Shown here: positions 16,636 to 25,631 of the stretch, piece after piece
Numbering within the stretch: the first letter of the stretch is position 1
How the letters are laid out: every line of letters starts with the position of its first letter
Origin: Myxococcota bacterium
Lineage (GTDB): Bacteria > Myxococcota_A > Polyangia > Polyangiales > Houyiibacteriaceae
Length of the DNA: 48,714 bases
Reading direction: 5' to 3'
NCBI GenBank assembly: GCA_039814655.1
Contig: JBCCAW010000001.1
Span: 1 to 48,714 of the forward strand
Notes under the pieces: model-generated
What the model was told of the DNA's origin: nothing
Database searches by the model: none
What the model saw: only the letters and a program-made list of their open reading frames with translations
Translations under genes and position numbers: made by a program

Positions 16636-18705
16636 CTACTCGACGGGCGTGATCGTCACGCGGACGACGTCGCCGATGGCCGGGTAGGCCCAGACGCCGT
16701 CCGGGACCTGGCGCACGAGACCGTTGCCTTCGGCTTCGCCCATGTTCGGGCCCGGCTGGCCGCCGGGTCCGCCGAAGAAGGGCGGACGCGCCTGCATGGA
16801 GCCCGCGGCGCCGGCCTGGTTCTGCTCCGTGCCCGCGTCCCACACGGCGAGGGCCACGGCGATGTCGGCGTTGATGTCCTCCTCCGAGCGCAGGCTCCCG
16901 TCGGCTTCGAGGAGCGCGATGCCGTTCGGGCCGAAGGCGAGGAAGAGGTCGTTCGAGGGAATGACCATGGTCGCGAGGCTCAGGAAGCGGCCTTCCATGG
17001 TCGGGATGACCGAGAAGGTGTAGCCGTCACCGGGCGCCGCGGGTCCGGGACCCTCCGCCGTGTTCGGAATCGCGGCGACGCCGGACTGGTCGACGGCCGC
17101 CGCCCCGGCCAGCTCGCCGACGATGGTGTCCACGGAGCCGTCCTCGGCGAGGGCCTCGAGACCCGCCGATGCGGGGGCGCCGAAGCTGAAGAAGTCGATG
17201 GCGTCGCTGTGGAGCGCCCAGGCCACGGGTGTGAGGCCCGGGAAGCCCTCGCCGTTCGACCGCACGCTCACCTGGAAGGCGCCTTCGATGTCGTCGACGC
17301 GCACCGTGAGCAGCCCGGACGTTGCCAGATCGGCGAGGGCGTTGGTGGTGCCCGTGGTCCGGTCGTAGAGGCGAACCACGCCGCCCTCGTCCATGCCCGT
17401 GTTGGGGAGTTCCTGGCGCGGCGCCTGGTTCGGGCCCACGCCGGGCACCTCGTCGACCTCGGTGCCGGCGTCGTAGATGCGCAGCAGCGACCTCACGTCG
17501 GCCTCGACGTCCGCGGCGGCCCGGGGCATGCCCGTGTCGTCGAGGAGCGCGATGCCGGCGGGGGGCGTCGACCAGAAGGCGTCGTTCGTCTGCACGACCA
17601 TGGCGGCGAAGCTGACGAGCGGCGCGGCGGCGGTCGGGGTCACGTCAAAGGAGAGCGAGTCGCCGCCCATGACGGGCCCGCCAGCGCTCGCCACGGCGCC
17701 CATGACGCCGTCCACGGCGTCGAGCTCGGCAGCCCAGACGCCGCCGCCGCCGTCCTCGGCGAGGACCTCGAGGCCCGGCGAGGCCGCGGCGTCCAGGGTA
17801 AAGAACTGCACCGCGTCGCTGTGCAGCGCGTAGGTGATGTCCGCGAAGGGCGTGAGCAGCGTGCCGGAGTTGGGCGCCGTGTTCGTCACCTCGAAGGTGA
17901 AGGTGCCGCCGGCTTCCGTGACCTCGACGCCGACGAAGGCTGCGGGCGTGGGCAGGGCGTGCGTGGGGGCCGCGTGCGGGCGCACCACGCCTTCGGCGCC
18001 GCCCATGTTCGGGCCGCTCTGCCGCGGCGCCTGGTTCGGGCCCGAGCCTGGCGCTTCGTTCGCTTCCGAGCCCACGTCCCAGAGCGAGACCAGGTCCGTC
18101 ACATCCCGGGCGGGGAGCGGCTCGCCCGCCGCATCGAAGAGGGGAATGCCCGCCTCGTCCGGGGCGACGAAGACGTCGTTCGACTGCACGAACATGGTCG
18201 CGAAGTGGAGCGAATCGCCGGCTTCGGCCTCGACGGTCGCTTCGTAGAAGCTGCCCGGGAACGCCGGGCCAGGCTCGGCGCCGTTGTCCGGCATGGAGAA
18301 GGCCACGGCGCCGTCGATGGCGCCGGCGAGGGCCCCGGCGCTGCCGTCTTCGGCGATGGCAGCGAGGCCCTGGCCGCGGTCGACGGCGTCGACGGTGAAG
18401 AGCGGCGCGGCCATCTCCGTTGCGAGCGCGACGCCCGGGGAGACCGGCCCGGGGATGGGCCCGGCGCCGGAGGAGTTTTCGATGCGGAGCACGAAGGTGG
18501 TGGGTCCGCCGACAGTCATGTCGTCATCGGCGTTCATGTCGTCTTCCATGTCCGGCGGATCCATGTCCGGCGTCACGTCGCCCATGTCCATCGCCATGTC
18601 GTCGCCGACCGTGCCGGTCGTGCCGTCGTCGTCGCCGCAGGCGGCCAGGACGAGCCCGCTCATCGCCAGCGCAATGAGCCAGCGCGTACGCAGTAGATAC
18701 GTCAT
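16636..18705 (-). CDS. Lipoprotein with three tandem spondin_N-like domains
   Basis: MTYLLRTRWLIALAMSGLVLAACGDDD carries a lipobox, followed by a D/M/P-rich tether. Three repeats follow, each with SND.F, WD/YD.G(T/S)E and GPNQAPRQ-type motifs. Confidence 0.85.
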   Translation of the reverse strand: MTYLLRTRWLIALAMSGLVLAACGDDDGTTGTVGDDMAMDMGDVTPDMDPPDMEDDMNADDDMTVGGPTTFVLRIENSSGAGPIPGPVSPGVALATEMAAPLFTVDAVDRGQGLAAIAEDGSAGALAGAIDGAVAFSMPDNGAEPGPAFPGSFYEATVEAEAGDSLHFATMFVQSNDVFVAPDEAGIPLFDAAGEPLPARDVTDLVSLWDVGSEANEAPGSGPNQAPRQSGPNMGGAEGVVRPHAAPTHALPTPAAFVGVEVTEAGGTFTFEVTNTAPNSGTLLTPFADITYALHSDAVQFFTLDAAASPGLEVLAEDGGGGVWAAELDAVDGVMGAVASAGGPVMGGDSLSFDVTPTAAAPLVSFAAMVVQTNDAFWSTPPAGIALLDDTGMPRAAADVEADVRSLLRIYDAGTEVDEVPGVGPNQAPRQELPNTGMDEGGVVRLYDRTTGTTNALADLATSGLLTVRVDDIEGAFQVSVRSNGEGFPGLTPVAWALHSDAIDFFSFGAPASAGLEALAEDGSVDTIVGELAGAAAVDQSGVAAIPNTAEGPGPAAPGDGYTFSVIPTMEGRFLSLATMVIPSNDLFLAFGPNGIALLEADGSLRSEEDINADIAVALAVWDAGTEQNQAGAAGSMQARPPFFGGPGGQPGPNMGEAEGNGLVRQVPDGVWAYPAIGDVVRVTITPVE

Positions 18706-18707
18706 TC

Positions 18708-18773
18708 GATTCTCCCCAGAGATAAGTGATTCGCGTCGAAGCGAGGACCGGGCCGGAGCCCAACGGGAGAATC
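18708..18773 (-). promoter_or_regulatory. Possible SD-sequestering stem in the 5' leader of the spondin-like gene
   Basis: The 9-bp arm GATTCTCCC (18708-18716) is the complement of the GGGAGAATC SD region directly upstream of ATG 18705. It pairs perfectly with GGGAGAATC at 18765-18773. The intervening loop is 48 nt. Confidence 0.3.
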
Positions 18774-18887
18774 TATGCGGGGTGATCGCGTCCGTTACGC
18801 CAGTTGAAACGATTCTCTTCGTTCGTTCAAACGAGAAGAACGAGTCGTTGTCGTAGCGTCAACGTCGGCGGTGAGGCGCGGCTGGCG

Positions 18888-20348
18888 TCAGCCGTGCGGG
18901 AGCGTGCTTCTCCGGTCGAAGCGGCTGCGGACGTCGTCCATGAGCTTGTCCGGGAGCACGCCCTCTTGCTGGAACGCGCGCATGTGGAGGATGGGCTCGC
19001 CGCCGAGGTCCGCGGCGCTGCGGCCGGCGATGCGCTCGACGTATTTCCGGGGCTCGAAGGGCGCGAGATCGACGCCGGGGACCGCCTCGATGCGCCGGCA
19101 GAGATCCAGGAGCGCCTCGAGCGAGTTCATCTTCATGTAGGGGCAGGTCGCGCAGCCGCCGGCGGTGCTGCAGCCTTCGCCGCCCTTCACGCCGGGCACG
19201 ATGGGCAGGCTCGCGTCGCCGGTCATGCTCACGGCCTCTTCGGCCACGGGGAAGACGATCTCCGCCTCGAAGGCCGCGCCGCCCTCGCGGAGCAGGCGCT
19301 GAACGTTCTTCACGATGGGCGTGATCATGCCCGCCTCGGTGCCGAGCACGAAGCGGAGCGTGTCCCTGGCGCCGGCCTTCACGGCGTCCCGGACCTTGCG
19401 TTCGATGAAGGCGAGAATGTTCGAGGTGGAGCCCACCACGCCGCGGTCGTTCTTTTGCGCTTCGAGGCCGAGGGCGAACATCTCGCCGGGCACCTCGAGA
19501 TGCGCCGTGATGAAGGCGTCCGCGTAGTGCGCCTTCACGAGCTGCACCACCTCGTCACCGAACATGTGGTGCACGATGCAGGTGCCCTGCTCGAAGATGC
19601 GAAAGCGCCCCAGCAGCTTCGCGATGCTCTTCCGGTCGTGCGCCGGGTGCACGGCGGCGATGGCGGCGTCGTCGAGCGTCGCCAGGCCCTCGAAGAGCAC
19701 GCGGAGGTTCGCGCCCATGTAGGTGTCCGGGCCGAAGAAGATGGCCACGTCCGGCTCCTGCGCGGCGGCCTGGAGCACGGTCTGCACCACGTTCGAGCTG
19801 GTGCAGGTGATGGTCGGCACGAGGTGGTGCGCCTTGGCCTTCGTGACGAGCGAGGTGTTGATGTAGACGACGTGCAGCGCCTTGTCCGTGCGCTGCGCTT
19901 CCGTGAGGTAGGCGCCGTAGGCCTGCGCTTCCGCGGACTCGGCCAGCGAGCAGCCGATGGGGTCCGCGGCCACGCGGTAGACGGGCACGGCGTCGTGACC
20001 CGCCGCGTCGAGCATGGCGCGGGCGTTCTCGCTCATGAAGTCCACGCCGAGCACGACGACCGTGCGCACGCCGGCCTCCACCATCTTCACGCCCCGGTCG
20101 GCCATGAGCAGCGAATCGCTCACGCCGATGTGTTCCCAGTCGCAGCTGGCGAGCACGCCCTGGAGCTCCGGGTCCATGTAGTAGTGCGCGACGACGCCGA
20201 TCTGCTTGTCGCGCAGCAGCGCATCGAGCTCGCGCACCAGCTCCGCGTTCGGCGTCAAGAAGGTCTTCTGCGCCTCGGCGAAGCTGCCCCGGGCGTGCAG
20301 GCCGTCCGGCGTGATCCGCAGCGAAGGAAAGACGGGCAGGTCGCTCAT
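18888..20348 (-). CDS. nadA: Quinolinate synthase (long, plant/cyanobacterial-like type)
   Basis: Motifs AHYYMDPELQGVL, LGVDFMSENARAML, ITCTSSNV, CIVHHMFG and GGCATCPYMKMN. The start is taken at ATG 20348 (MSDLPVF...), with an alternative ATG at 20360. The track start at 20435 is a GTG in a G/R-rich extension. Confidence 0.9.
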   Translation of the reverse strand: MSDLPVFPSLRITPDGLHARGSFAEAQKTFLTPNAELVRELDALLRDKQIGVVAHYYMDPELQGVLASCDWEHIGVSDSLLMADRGVKMVEAGVRTVVVLGVDFMSENARAMLDAAGHDAVPVYRVAADPIGCSLAESAEAQAYGAYLTEAQRTDKALHVVYINTSLVTKAKAHHLVPTITCTSSNVVQTVLQAAAQEPDVAIFFGPDTYMGANLRVLFEGLATLDDAAIAAVHPAHDRKSIAKLLGRFRIFEQGTCIVHHMFGDEVVQLVKAHYADAFITAHLEVPGEMFALGLEAQKNDRGVVGSTSNILAFIERKVRDAVKAGARDTLRFVLGTEAGMITPIVKNVQRLLREGGAAFEAEIVFPVAEEAVSMTGDASLPIVPGVKGGEGCSTAGGCATCPYMKMNSLEALLDLCRRIEAVPGVDLAPFEPRKYVERIAGRSAADLGGEPILHMRAFQQEGVLPDKLMDDVRSRFDRRSTLPHG

Positions 20349-20424
20349 GCGCGGGAGCATAGGGCGAGGGCGCGCGCCGCGGGAGCCATCGCCCTCCGGT
20401 CGCCGCGGGGCTACACCCCCGCCC

Positions 20425-21576
20425 GTGCTCGACACGTCCGTCTACGTGCACTTTCCCTGGTGTGAGAAGAAGTGTCCCTACTGCGATTTCGCGACGCGGA
20501 AGCGCGCGGCGGTCGCGATCCCGCACGAGGCCTACGCGGACGCGGTGCTGCGCGAGCTCGCGCTCCGCGGCGCCATGGAGGGCCGGCGCCTCGCGAGCGT
20601 CTTCTTTGGCGGCGGGACGCCCTCGCTCTGGGCCGCCGAGGCCCTCGGCCGCGTGCTGGCGGGCATTCGCGGCGCCTTCGAGGCCGAGGTGCCGGAGCTC
20701 GAGGTCACCGCCGAGTGCAACCCGCAGAGCCTCACGGCGGAGCAAGCGCGGGGCTTCGCGGCCGCCGGCATCAACCGGCTGAGCGTGGGCGTGCAGTCGC
20801 TGCGCGACGACCAGCTCCGCTTTCTCGGCCGGCTTCACGACCGGGAGGAAGCGCTCCGGGCGCTCGACGACGCCTGCGCGGCGGTCCCGCGGGTGAGCGC
20901 GGACTTGATGTTCGGCATGCCCAAGCAGCGCGCCATGGACGCGGAGATCGAGGCCGTGCTCGCGACGGGCGTCGAGCACGTGAGCGCCTACTCGCTCACC
21001 ATCGAGCCCGGTACGCAGTTCGGGGAGCTGCATCGCCTCGGCCGCCTCGAGGTCGCGCCGGACGACGACGTCGCGCGGCTCTTCCAGGCCGCCGAAGCCC
21101 GCTTCGCCGCAGGCGGCTTCGCCCACTACGAGGTCTCGAACTACGCGCGGCCCGGCGCCGAGGCGCGGCACAACCAGCATTATTGGCGCGGCGGCGACTA
21201 CCTGGCGCTCGGGGCCGCGGCGGTCGGGTGCCTGGGCGAGGGCCCCGGCGCCCGCCGCTACCGGAACGTGAAGGACGGCGACGCCTACCTCGAGGCGGTC
21301 GCTCAGGCGCAGGCCGCGACGGACGTCGAGGGGTGGCAGGAGCGGCTGGGGCCGGACGAGCGCGTGCAGGAGGCGCTCATGCTCGGGCTCCGTACGACCG
21401 AAGGCGTGAACCTCGCGGCGCTCGGCGCCCGCATCGCGCGTGACCCGCTCGCCGGGCGCGAGGCCGCCACGACGCGGGCACTCGCCGCCGGAGACCTCGT
21501 GCGAGAAGGCGACCGGCTGCGTGTGCCGCGCGAGCGCTGGCTTCAGCTCGATGGGATTACGGCGCGGCTCTTCTGA
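20425..21576 (+). CDS. hemW: Radical SAM haem chaperone HemW / HemN-like protein
   Basis: Track ORF 20206..21576 trimmed to GTG 20425, giving VLDTSVYVHFPWCEKKCPYCDF (CxxxCxxC radical-SAM motif). Also FFGGGTPSLW and INRLSVGVQS. Confidence 0.85.
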   Translation: MLDTSVYVHFPWCEKKCPYCDFATRKRAAVAIPHEAYADAVLRELALRGAMEGRRLASVFFGGGTPSLWAAEALGRVLAGIRGAFEAEVPELEVTAECNPQSLTAEQARGFAAAGINRLSVGVQSLRDDQLRFLGRLHDREEALRALDDACAAVPRVSADLMFGMPKQRAMDAEIEAVLATGVEHVSAYSLTIEPGTQFGELHRLGRLEVAPDDDVARLFQAAEARFAAGGFAHYEVSNYARPGAEARHNQHYWRGGDYLALGAAAVGCLGEGPGARRYRNVKDGDAYLEAVAQAQAATDVEGWQERLGPDERVQEALMLGLRTTEGVNLAALGARIARDPLAGREAATTRALAAGDLVREGDRLRVPRERWLQLDGITARLF

Positions 21577-21594
21577 GCCGGGCGCCAGGCTCAG
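21573..21594. terminator. Hairpin CTGAGCC-N8-GGCTCAG embedding both convergent stop codons
   Basis: Arms at 21573-21579 and 21588-21594. The hemW stop is at 21574-21576 and the minus-strand stop at 21591-21593. No U-tract follows, so terminator function is uncertain. Confidence 0.35.
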
Positions 21595-23456
21595 CTCGGC
21601 GTGCAGGCGCCTGCGTCGCAGGTCTCGCTTGCGCGGCAGTCTTCGTCGAGCTCGCAGGTGTCTCGGCACTCGCGTTCGCCGCCGGTCATGCCGTCGAAGT
21701 CCACGCAGGCTTCGCCCGCGGCGCACTCGTTGGCGTCGGCGCAGGCGGTGATGCACTCGCCGAAGGTGTCCGCGGTCTCCCCGGCGCAGACCTGCCCGCC
21801 CGAGCACTGCGCGTCGTTCTGGCAGAGGTCGAAGCAGACCGGGTCCGTGCTCATCACGTTGAAGAGGGCGTCGACGGGCAGGCACCCGAGACCCTCGCCG
21901 CAGGCGCCGTCACGGCAGGTGTCGAAGCAGCCGCCGGCGATGCACTCCTCGTCCGAGCGGCACTCCGCGTCGGTGTCGCAGCCCGTCGGGAAGCACACGC
22001 TCTCCGTGCCCGCGGAGATGCAGCCGAAGCCCGTCGGGCAATCGTCGCCGGTGCTGCAGGTGGGCAGGCACTGCTGCTCGTTCGACGGCGGTCCGCTCGT
22101 GTTCACCACGAGCGTGTCGCCGGTGCAGACGTCGGCGCCGATGGCCTCGAGCACGCCTGCCTCATCCACGGTGCAGAAGCCATCGCGGCCGTTGAGACCG
22201 ACCAGGCACGTGCCGTAGCCGAAGGGGTTGAAGCACTCGTCGGCGGACGTGCAGGCCGCGCTCAGGTTCGGCGCCGCCGGGCCCGCGCCGAAGGGCTGGG
22301 TGATGGCGCCGTTCGCGCTGAACGGGTCGACCTGGTCGGGCACGCACACGCCGAGCTCGGGGGTCGCGCCGCTGGCCTCGCTCAGGCATTTGAAGCGCTC
22401 GTCGCAGCCGCCGCGCCCCGCGGGCCAGCTCGACGCGTCGGCCGTGTCCACGCCCACCGTGAGGTCGCAGCGCACGAGGCAGCGGTCGAAGCCATCGGTC
22501 AGGAAGGCTCCGGATCGGCGCCCGCCGCAGACGCCGTCGCCGTTGCATTCGTCGTCGGAGCCGCAGGTGGGCCCGAAGCAGTAGCCGCCTTCGAAGATGA
22601 CGAGCTCTTCGCCGCCCGGGAGCTCCACGCGGTTCTCGAGCTGGCACGCGCCGCCGTCCTCGCACTCGAAGTCCGCGCGGCAGGGGTCGCCGGCCTCCGC
22701 CTCCGGGTCGCCGGAGACCACGCACTCGAAGGTGTCGAGGTTGCACACGGGCATGGCCGAGGAGACGAAGACCTGCTGGTCCGGGCCCGCGATGCCGCAC
22801 GGGTTCGGGATCTCCTCGCAGTCGGCGCCGGTCTGGATGCCCGGAATGCCGTTGGTCTCTTCCCGGAGGAGGGCGCTGCCGAAGCAGTCCGTGTCCGTGG
22901 CGCAGCCGTCGAAGCAGATGCCGCCGCCGTTGTTCAGCGGCACGCAGTCCCAGGCGTCGGGACACACGTCGTTGCCCGCGGCGCCGGGGTCGCAGTCGAG
23001 GTAGCAGCCGCCTTCGCCGAAGGCGGTCACGCAGGTCATGCAGTCGCCGCAGAGCTCGGCGTCGTCGCGACAGTCCTCGGCGTCGTCGAAGGGCGAGTCC
23101 TCCGTGCAGAAGCCGTTGTCGAAGAGCACCGGTCCCGGGAAGGAGTTGCCGCCGCCGGGCAGGCCGTCGATGGGGTCGTCGTCGCCGCCGGTGGCGGCGA
23201 GTTCGAGCTCCGGCTGGCAGTCGCCTTGGCGGCAACCGACCGCCGTGGTGCAGTTGATGCCGAAGCCCCGCTCGGGACAGCTCAGCACGCGCATGTCCGC
23301 CATGTCGGCCATGTCGGCCATGTCGGCCATGTCCGGCATGTCGGCCATGTCCGGGTCCGGCAGGTCGACGACGTCCATGTCCCCGGGATCCGGGTCATTG
23401 CCGGGACAAGCCATCGCGAGCGTCGCACACGCCATCAAGAAAGTTCGCTTCGTCAT
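21591..23456 (-). CDS. Large Cys-rich secreted lipoprotein with (PDMADM)n tether
   Basis: Track ORF trimmed to ATG 23456 (GGAGGA SD), giving MTKRTFLMACATLAMACPG. Many CxxxxC, DxxC and GxC modules run throughout the protein. Confidence 0.85.
   Translation of the reverse strand: MTKRTFLMACATLAMACPGNDPDPGDMDVVDLPDPDMADMPDMADMADMADMADMRVLSCPERGFGINCTTAVGCRQGDCQPELELAATGGDDDPIDGLPGGGNSFPGPVLFDNGFCTEDSPFDDAEDCRDDAELCGDCMTCVTAFGEGGCYLDCDPGAAGNDVCPDAWDCVPLNNGGGICFDGCATDTDCFGSALLREETNGIPGIQTGADCEEIPNPCGIAGPDQQVFVSSAMPVCNLDTFECVVSGDPEAEAGDPCRADFECEDGGACQLENRVELPGGEELVIFEGGYCFGPTCGSDDECNGDGVCGGRRSGAFLTDGFDRCLVRCDLTVGVDTADASSWPAGRGGCDERFKCLSEASGATPELGVCVPDQVDPFSANGAITQPFGAGPAAPNLSAACTSADECFNPFGYGTCLVGLNGRDGFCTVDEAGVLEAIGADVCTGDTLVVNTSGPPSNEQQCLPTCSTGDDCPTGFGCISAGTESVCFPTGCDTDAECRSDEECIAGGCFDTCRDGACGEGLGCLPVDALFNVMSTDPVCFDLCQNDAQCSGGQVCAGETADTFGECITACADANECAAGEACVDFDGMTGGERECRDTCELDEDCRASETCDAGACTPS
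23292..23354 (-). repeat. 9-bp in-frame microsatellite, 7 copies of CATGTC(G/C)G(C/G)
   Basis: Copies counted at 23292, 23301, 23310, 23319, 23328, 23337 and 23346. The repeat encodes PDMADMPDMADMADMADMADM on the minus strand. Confidence 0.95.
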
Positions 23457-23629
23457 TCGTTCCTCCACCGCAGCCCCCGAAGGCGCCACACCGCGGAGAC
23501 AGAGGAACAAGAGTCGTGCCGGGGCGCAGCGCGGGGAATTGGCGCGTTTCGACCGTCCGCGATCGGGGTCTCGTGCGCCCGGGGACGCCCAGCGTCACTT
23601 GGCTAACGGGTTTCGAGGCTCACGAAAGC

Positions 23630-25279
23630 TCACGGCGAGCTGGCCGCCGGCCATCCGAGGGTCCGTTGCCCAAGGGCCTGGCGCGCCTCGACGCGCGAGG
23701 TGGTGCCGAGCGCCCCTTCGAGGGTCCGGCTCGCTGTCTCGAGGCCTTCGCGCACGGGTACGGCGAGCAGGCTTCGCTCGCGCCAGCTTCGCTCGACGCG
23801 CTCCTGCCGGCGAAGCGCGTCGCGATGGGTGAGGAGCAGGCCCGCGACGCCCTCGCGGACCACCGGGTCGTCGTGGTCGAGGAGCGGCAGGAGCGTCAGC
23901 GCGCTCTCCGTCTCCTTCGCCTGCGCCCAAACGTGCAGTAGCGGGGCCGCGTCGCCGTCGAGCAGCCGCGCCACGTTGGCCTGCGCCGCGATGCGGTGCG
24001 TCGGCACCACGGCGTAGAGCACGAGCATGACCGCGAAGGCGTCCGCCTGCCGGTCGAGGAGCCAGCCGACCGGGCGTTCGCCATGCACCTTCGCGATGAC
24101 GAGGAGCACACCGATCACGACCAGCGTCGTGCCCGCAAAGCCCACGATGCGGAGATCCGAGAGCCCGCTCGCGCGCACGTGGAGTCCGATGCGGCCGTAG
24201 GTGAGCCCGGCGAGCACGAGCCCCTGGCCGGCCCAGACCAGCGCGAGGCGCCGCGTCCGGCGCGCCTGGGGATCGCGGCCGAGCGGGCCCCTGAAGAGCA
24301 CGCCGACCACGAGGGTCAAGAGCGCGAGCGCGACGGTGAGCCAGAAGGCGACGCGGTGAGCGAAGGCCTGCGTCGTCACGCCTGCGGGGGGCGCGCCCCG
24401 GGTGACGGTGAGGGCCTCGAGCGCGAGGTAGGCCGCGAAGACGACGTTCAGCGCGACCAGGGTGTTGCGCGCGACCTCGCGCTGGCTCGCGCTCGCCAGG
24501 GCGACCGGGGCCTGCGCGCGGCGCCCGGCCCGCACGACCGAAGGACGGACGAGCACGAGCGCCACGACCAGCGCGAGGGCCCAGCCGGCAACGCGCCCCG
24601 CCGCGGGCAGCTCGATGTGCCCGAAAAGGGACCCGAGCTGGCCCAAGGCCTCGCCGACGAAGGGGTTGGCGAGGGCGAACACGCCGACGAAGACGAGGGA
24701 GAGGAGCGCCGGCAGCATCACCGCCGGCCCGCCGCGAAGCCGCGGGAAGCGCCCCGCGACGCGGTGCCGGCTGGCCAAGAGGCGACCCATGCGGCTCGGC
24801 ACGGCGACGACGCTCTGGCCGAGGGAGCGCAGCCAGGGTCCGCCCGTGGTGTGCGGCGCGCGGAGCGCCAGGGCGACGGCGAAGGGCAGCAGGAGCCCCG
24901 CGAGCACCGCCACCCAGTTCGGCGCGAGGAGGCAGCGGAGGGACACGAGGCCCGCCGCCGCGAGCAGCGCGAGGAGACGCGGAGACACGCGCCGGGGCCG
25001 GGCGGAGACCACGAGCAGCGCGGGCAGCGCCGCGAACACGAAGGCCAGCCCCACGCCCCCGGTCGCCAGCCCGTCCGGGCCGAGCCAGGCGGCCTCCACC
25101 ATCAGCACGGCCCCGCCGAGGGCGGCGAGCTCGCGCCGTCGCAGCGGGCGCCGCGGAGCCCGGTCGCGCTTCGCCGCCCCTTCGGCCGGCGCCGGCCGAT
25201 AGGGGCCAGCCGTCGCTGCGCGCCGGGCGGCGCTTGCGGGGGGAGCGAAGGAAGGGGGCGGTGCGAGCGGCGTCGACAT
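23630..25279 (-). CDS. Polytopic membrane protein (DUF4153/DUF4173-like, tentative)
   Basis: Track ORF trimmed to ATG 25279 ([11 protein letters not shown]...). Contains many hydrophobic helices. The C-terminal soluble tail reads ...[36 protein letters not shown]... The family assignment is from memory of the GL(T/S)xLR pattern only. Confidence 0.7.
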   Translation of the reverse strand: MSTPLAPPPSFAPPASAARRAATAGPYRPAPAEGAAKRDRAPRRPLRRRELAALGGAVLMVEAAWLGPDGLATGGVGLAFVFAALPALLVVSARPRRVSPRLLALLAAAGLVSLRCLLAPNWVAVLAGLLLPFAVALALRAPHTTGGPWLRSLGQSVVAVPSRMGRLLASRHRVAGRFPRLRGGPAVMLPALLSLVFVGVFALANPFVGEALGQLGSLFGHIELPAAGRVAGWALALVVALVLVRPSVVRAGRRAQAPVALASASQREVARNTLVALNVVFAAYLALEALTVTRGAPPAGVTTQAFAHRVAFWLTVALALLTLVVGVLFRGPLGRDPQARRTRRLALVWAGQGLVLAGLTYGRIGLHVRASGLSDLRIVGFAGTTLVVIGVLLVIAKVHGERPVGWLLDRQADAFAVMLVLYAVVPTHRIAAQANVARLLDGDAAPLLHVWAQAKETESALTLLPLLDHDDPVVREGVAGLLLTHRDALRRQERVERSWRERSLLAVPVREGLETASRTLEGALGTTSRVEARQALGQRTLGWPAASSP

Positions 25280-25370
25280 GGCGAGGGCGCAACGCGGGGT
25301 AAGCTCGGCGGGATTCCCGTGCCCACCGCGCGCTGCTTTCCGTGCCGGGTCCGCGCGCACGTCCGCACGC

Positions 25371-25412
25371 CGCCTGCCGCGCGCCGCCTGCCGCGCGCCG
25401 CCTGCCGCGGCG
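25371..25412. repeat. 14-bp tandem repeat CGCCTGCCGCGCGC, 3 copies, in a divergent intergenic region
   Basis: Copies at 25371-25384 and 25385-25398 are identical. The copy at 25399-25412 has 2 mismatches. The repeat lies between ATG 25279 (minus strand) and ATG 25431 (plus strand). Confidence 0.9.
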
Positions 25413-25430
25413 GATGCGGTAGCGTTCCCC

Positions 25431-25631
25431 ATGCCCTGCCGCTTCTGCCGCCGCGCGATAGCCTACATTCACGGTCATGCGGCCTGCGTGAACAACCAGT
25501 GCCCCATGTACGGCCAGAACCAGGCCGAGTGCTGCGATGGCGAGACCCTCGAGAACTGCCCGGCGCCGACCAGCGTGGTCGCCGCCGGTCCGCGCCGGGA
25601 ACGGTCTCGCTACGACGAGGAATGCGCATGA
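25431..25631 (+). CDS. Small (66 aa) Cys-rich zinc-ribbon-like protein, translationally coupled to pgi
   Basis: [66 protein letters not shown]. The pattern CxxC-x12-CxxxxC is followed by 4 more Cys. Third-position GC is high. The stop at 25629-25631 overlaps the pgi ATG at 25628 (ATGA). Confidence 0.45.
   Translation: MPCRFCRRAIAYIHGHAACVNNQCPMYGQNQAECCDGETLENCPAPTSVVAAGPRRERSRYDEECA

Noticed and set aside
18808-18850. Apparent dyad AACGATTCTCTTCGTTCGTT / AACGAGAAGAACGAGTCGTT downstream of nadA, considered as a terminator.
   Set aside because: Base-by-base comparison shows that only the outer 5 bp on each side pair and the interior is out of register. No U-tract follows.
23996-25621. N-terminal extensions of track ORFs, for example the first 542 codons of the pgi ORF. 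Also 1250-1630, 7295-7849, 11988-12458, 12300-12920, 33830-34561, 36975-37856 and 45202-47439.
   Set aside because: The extensions overlap real genes on the other strand and have R/P-rich composition. Better internal starts exist, with SD sequences, signal peptides or homologue-like N-termini.
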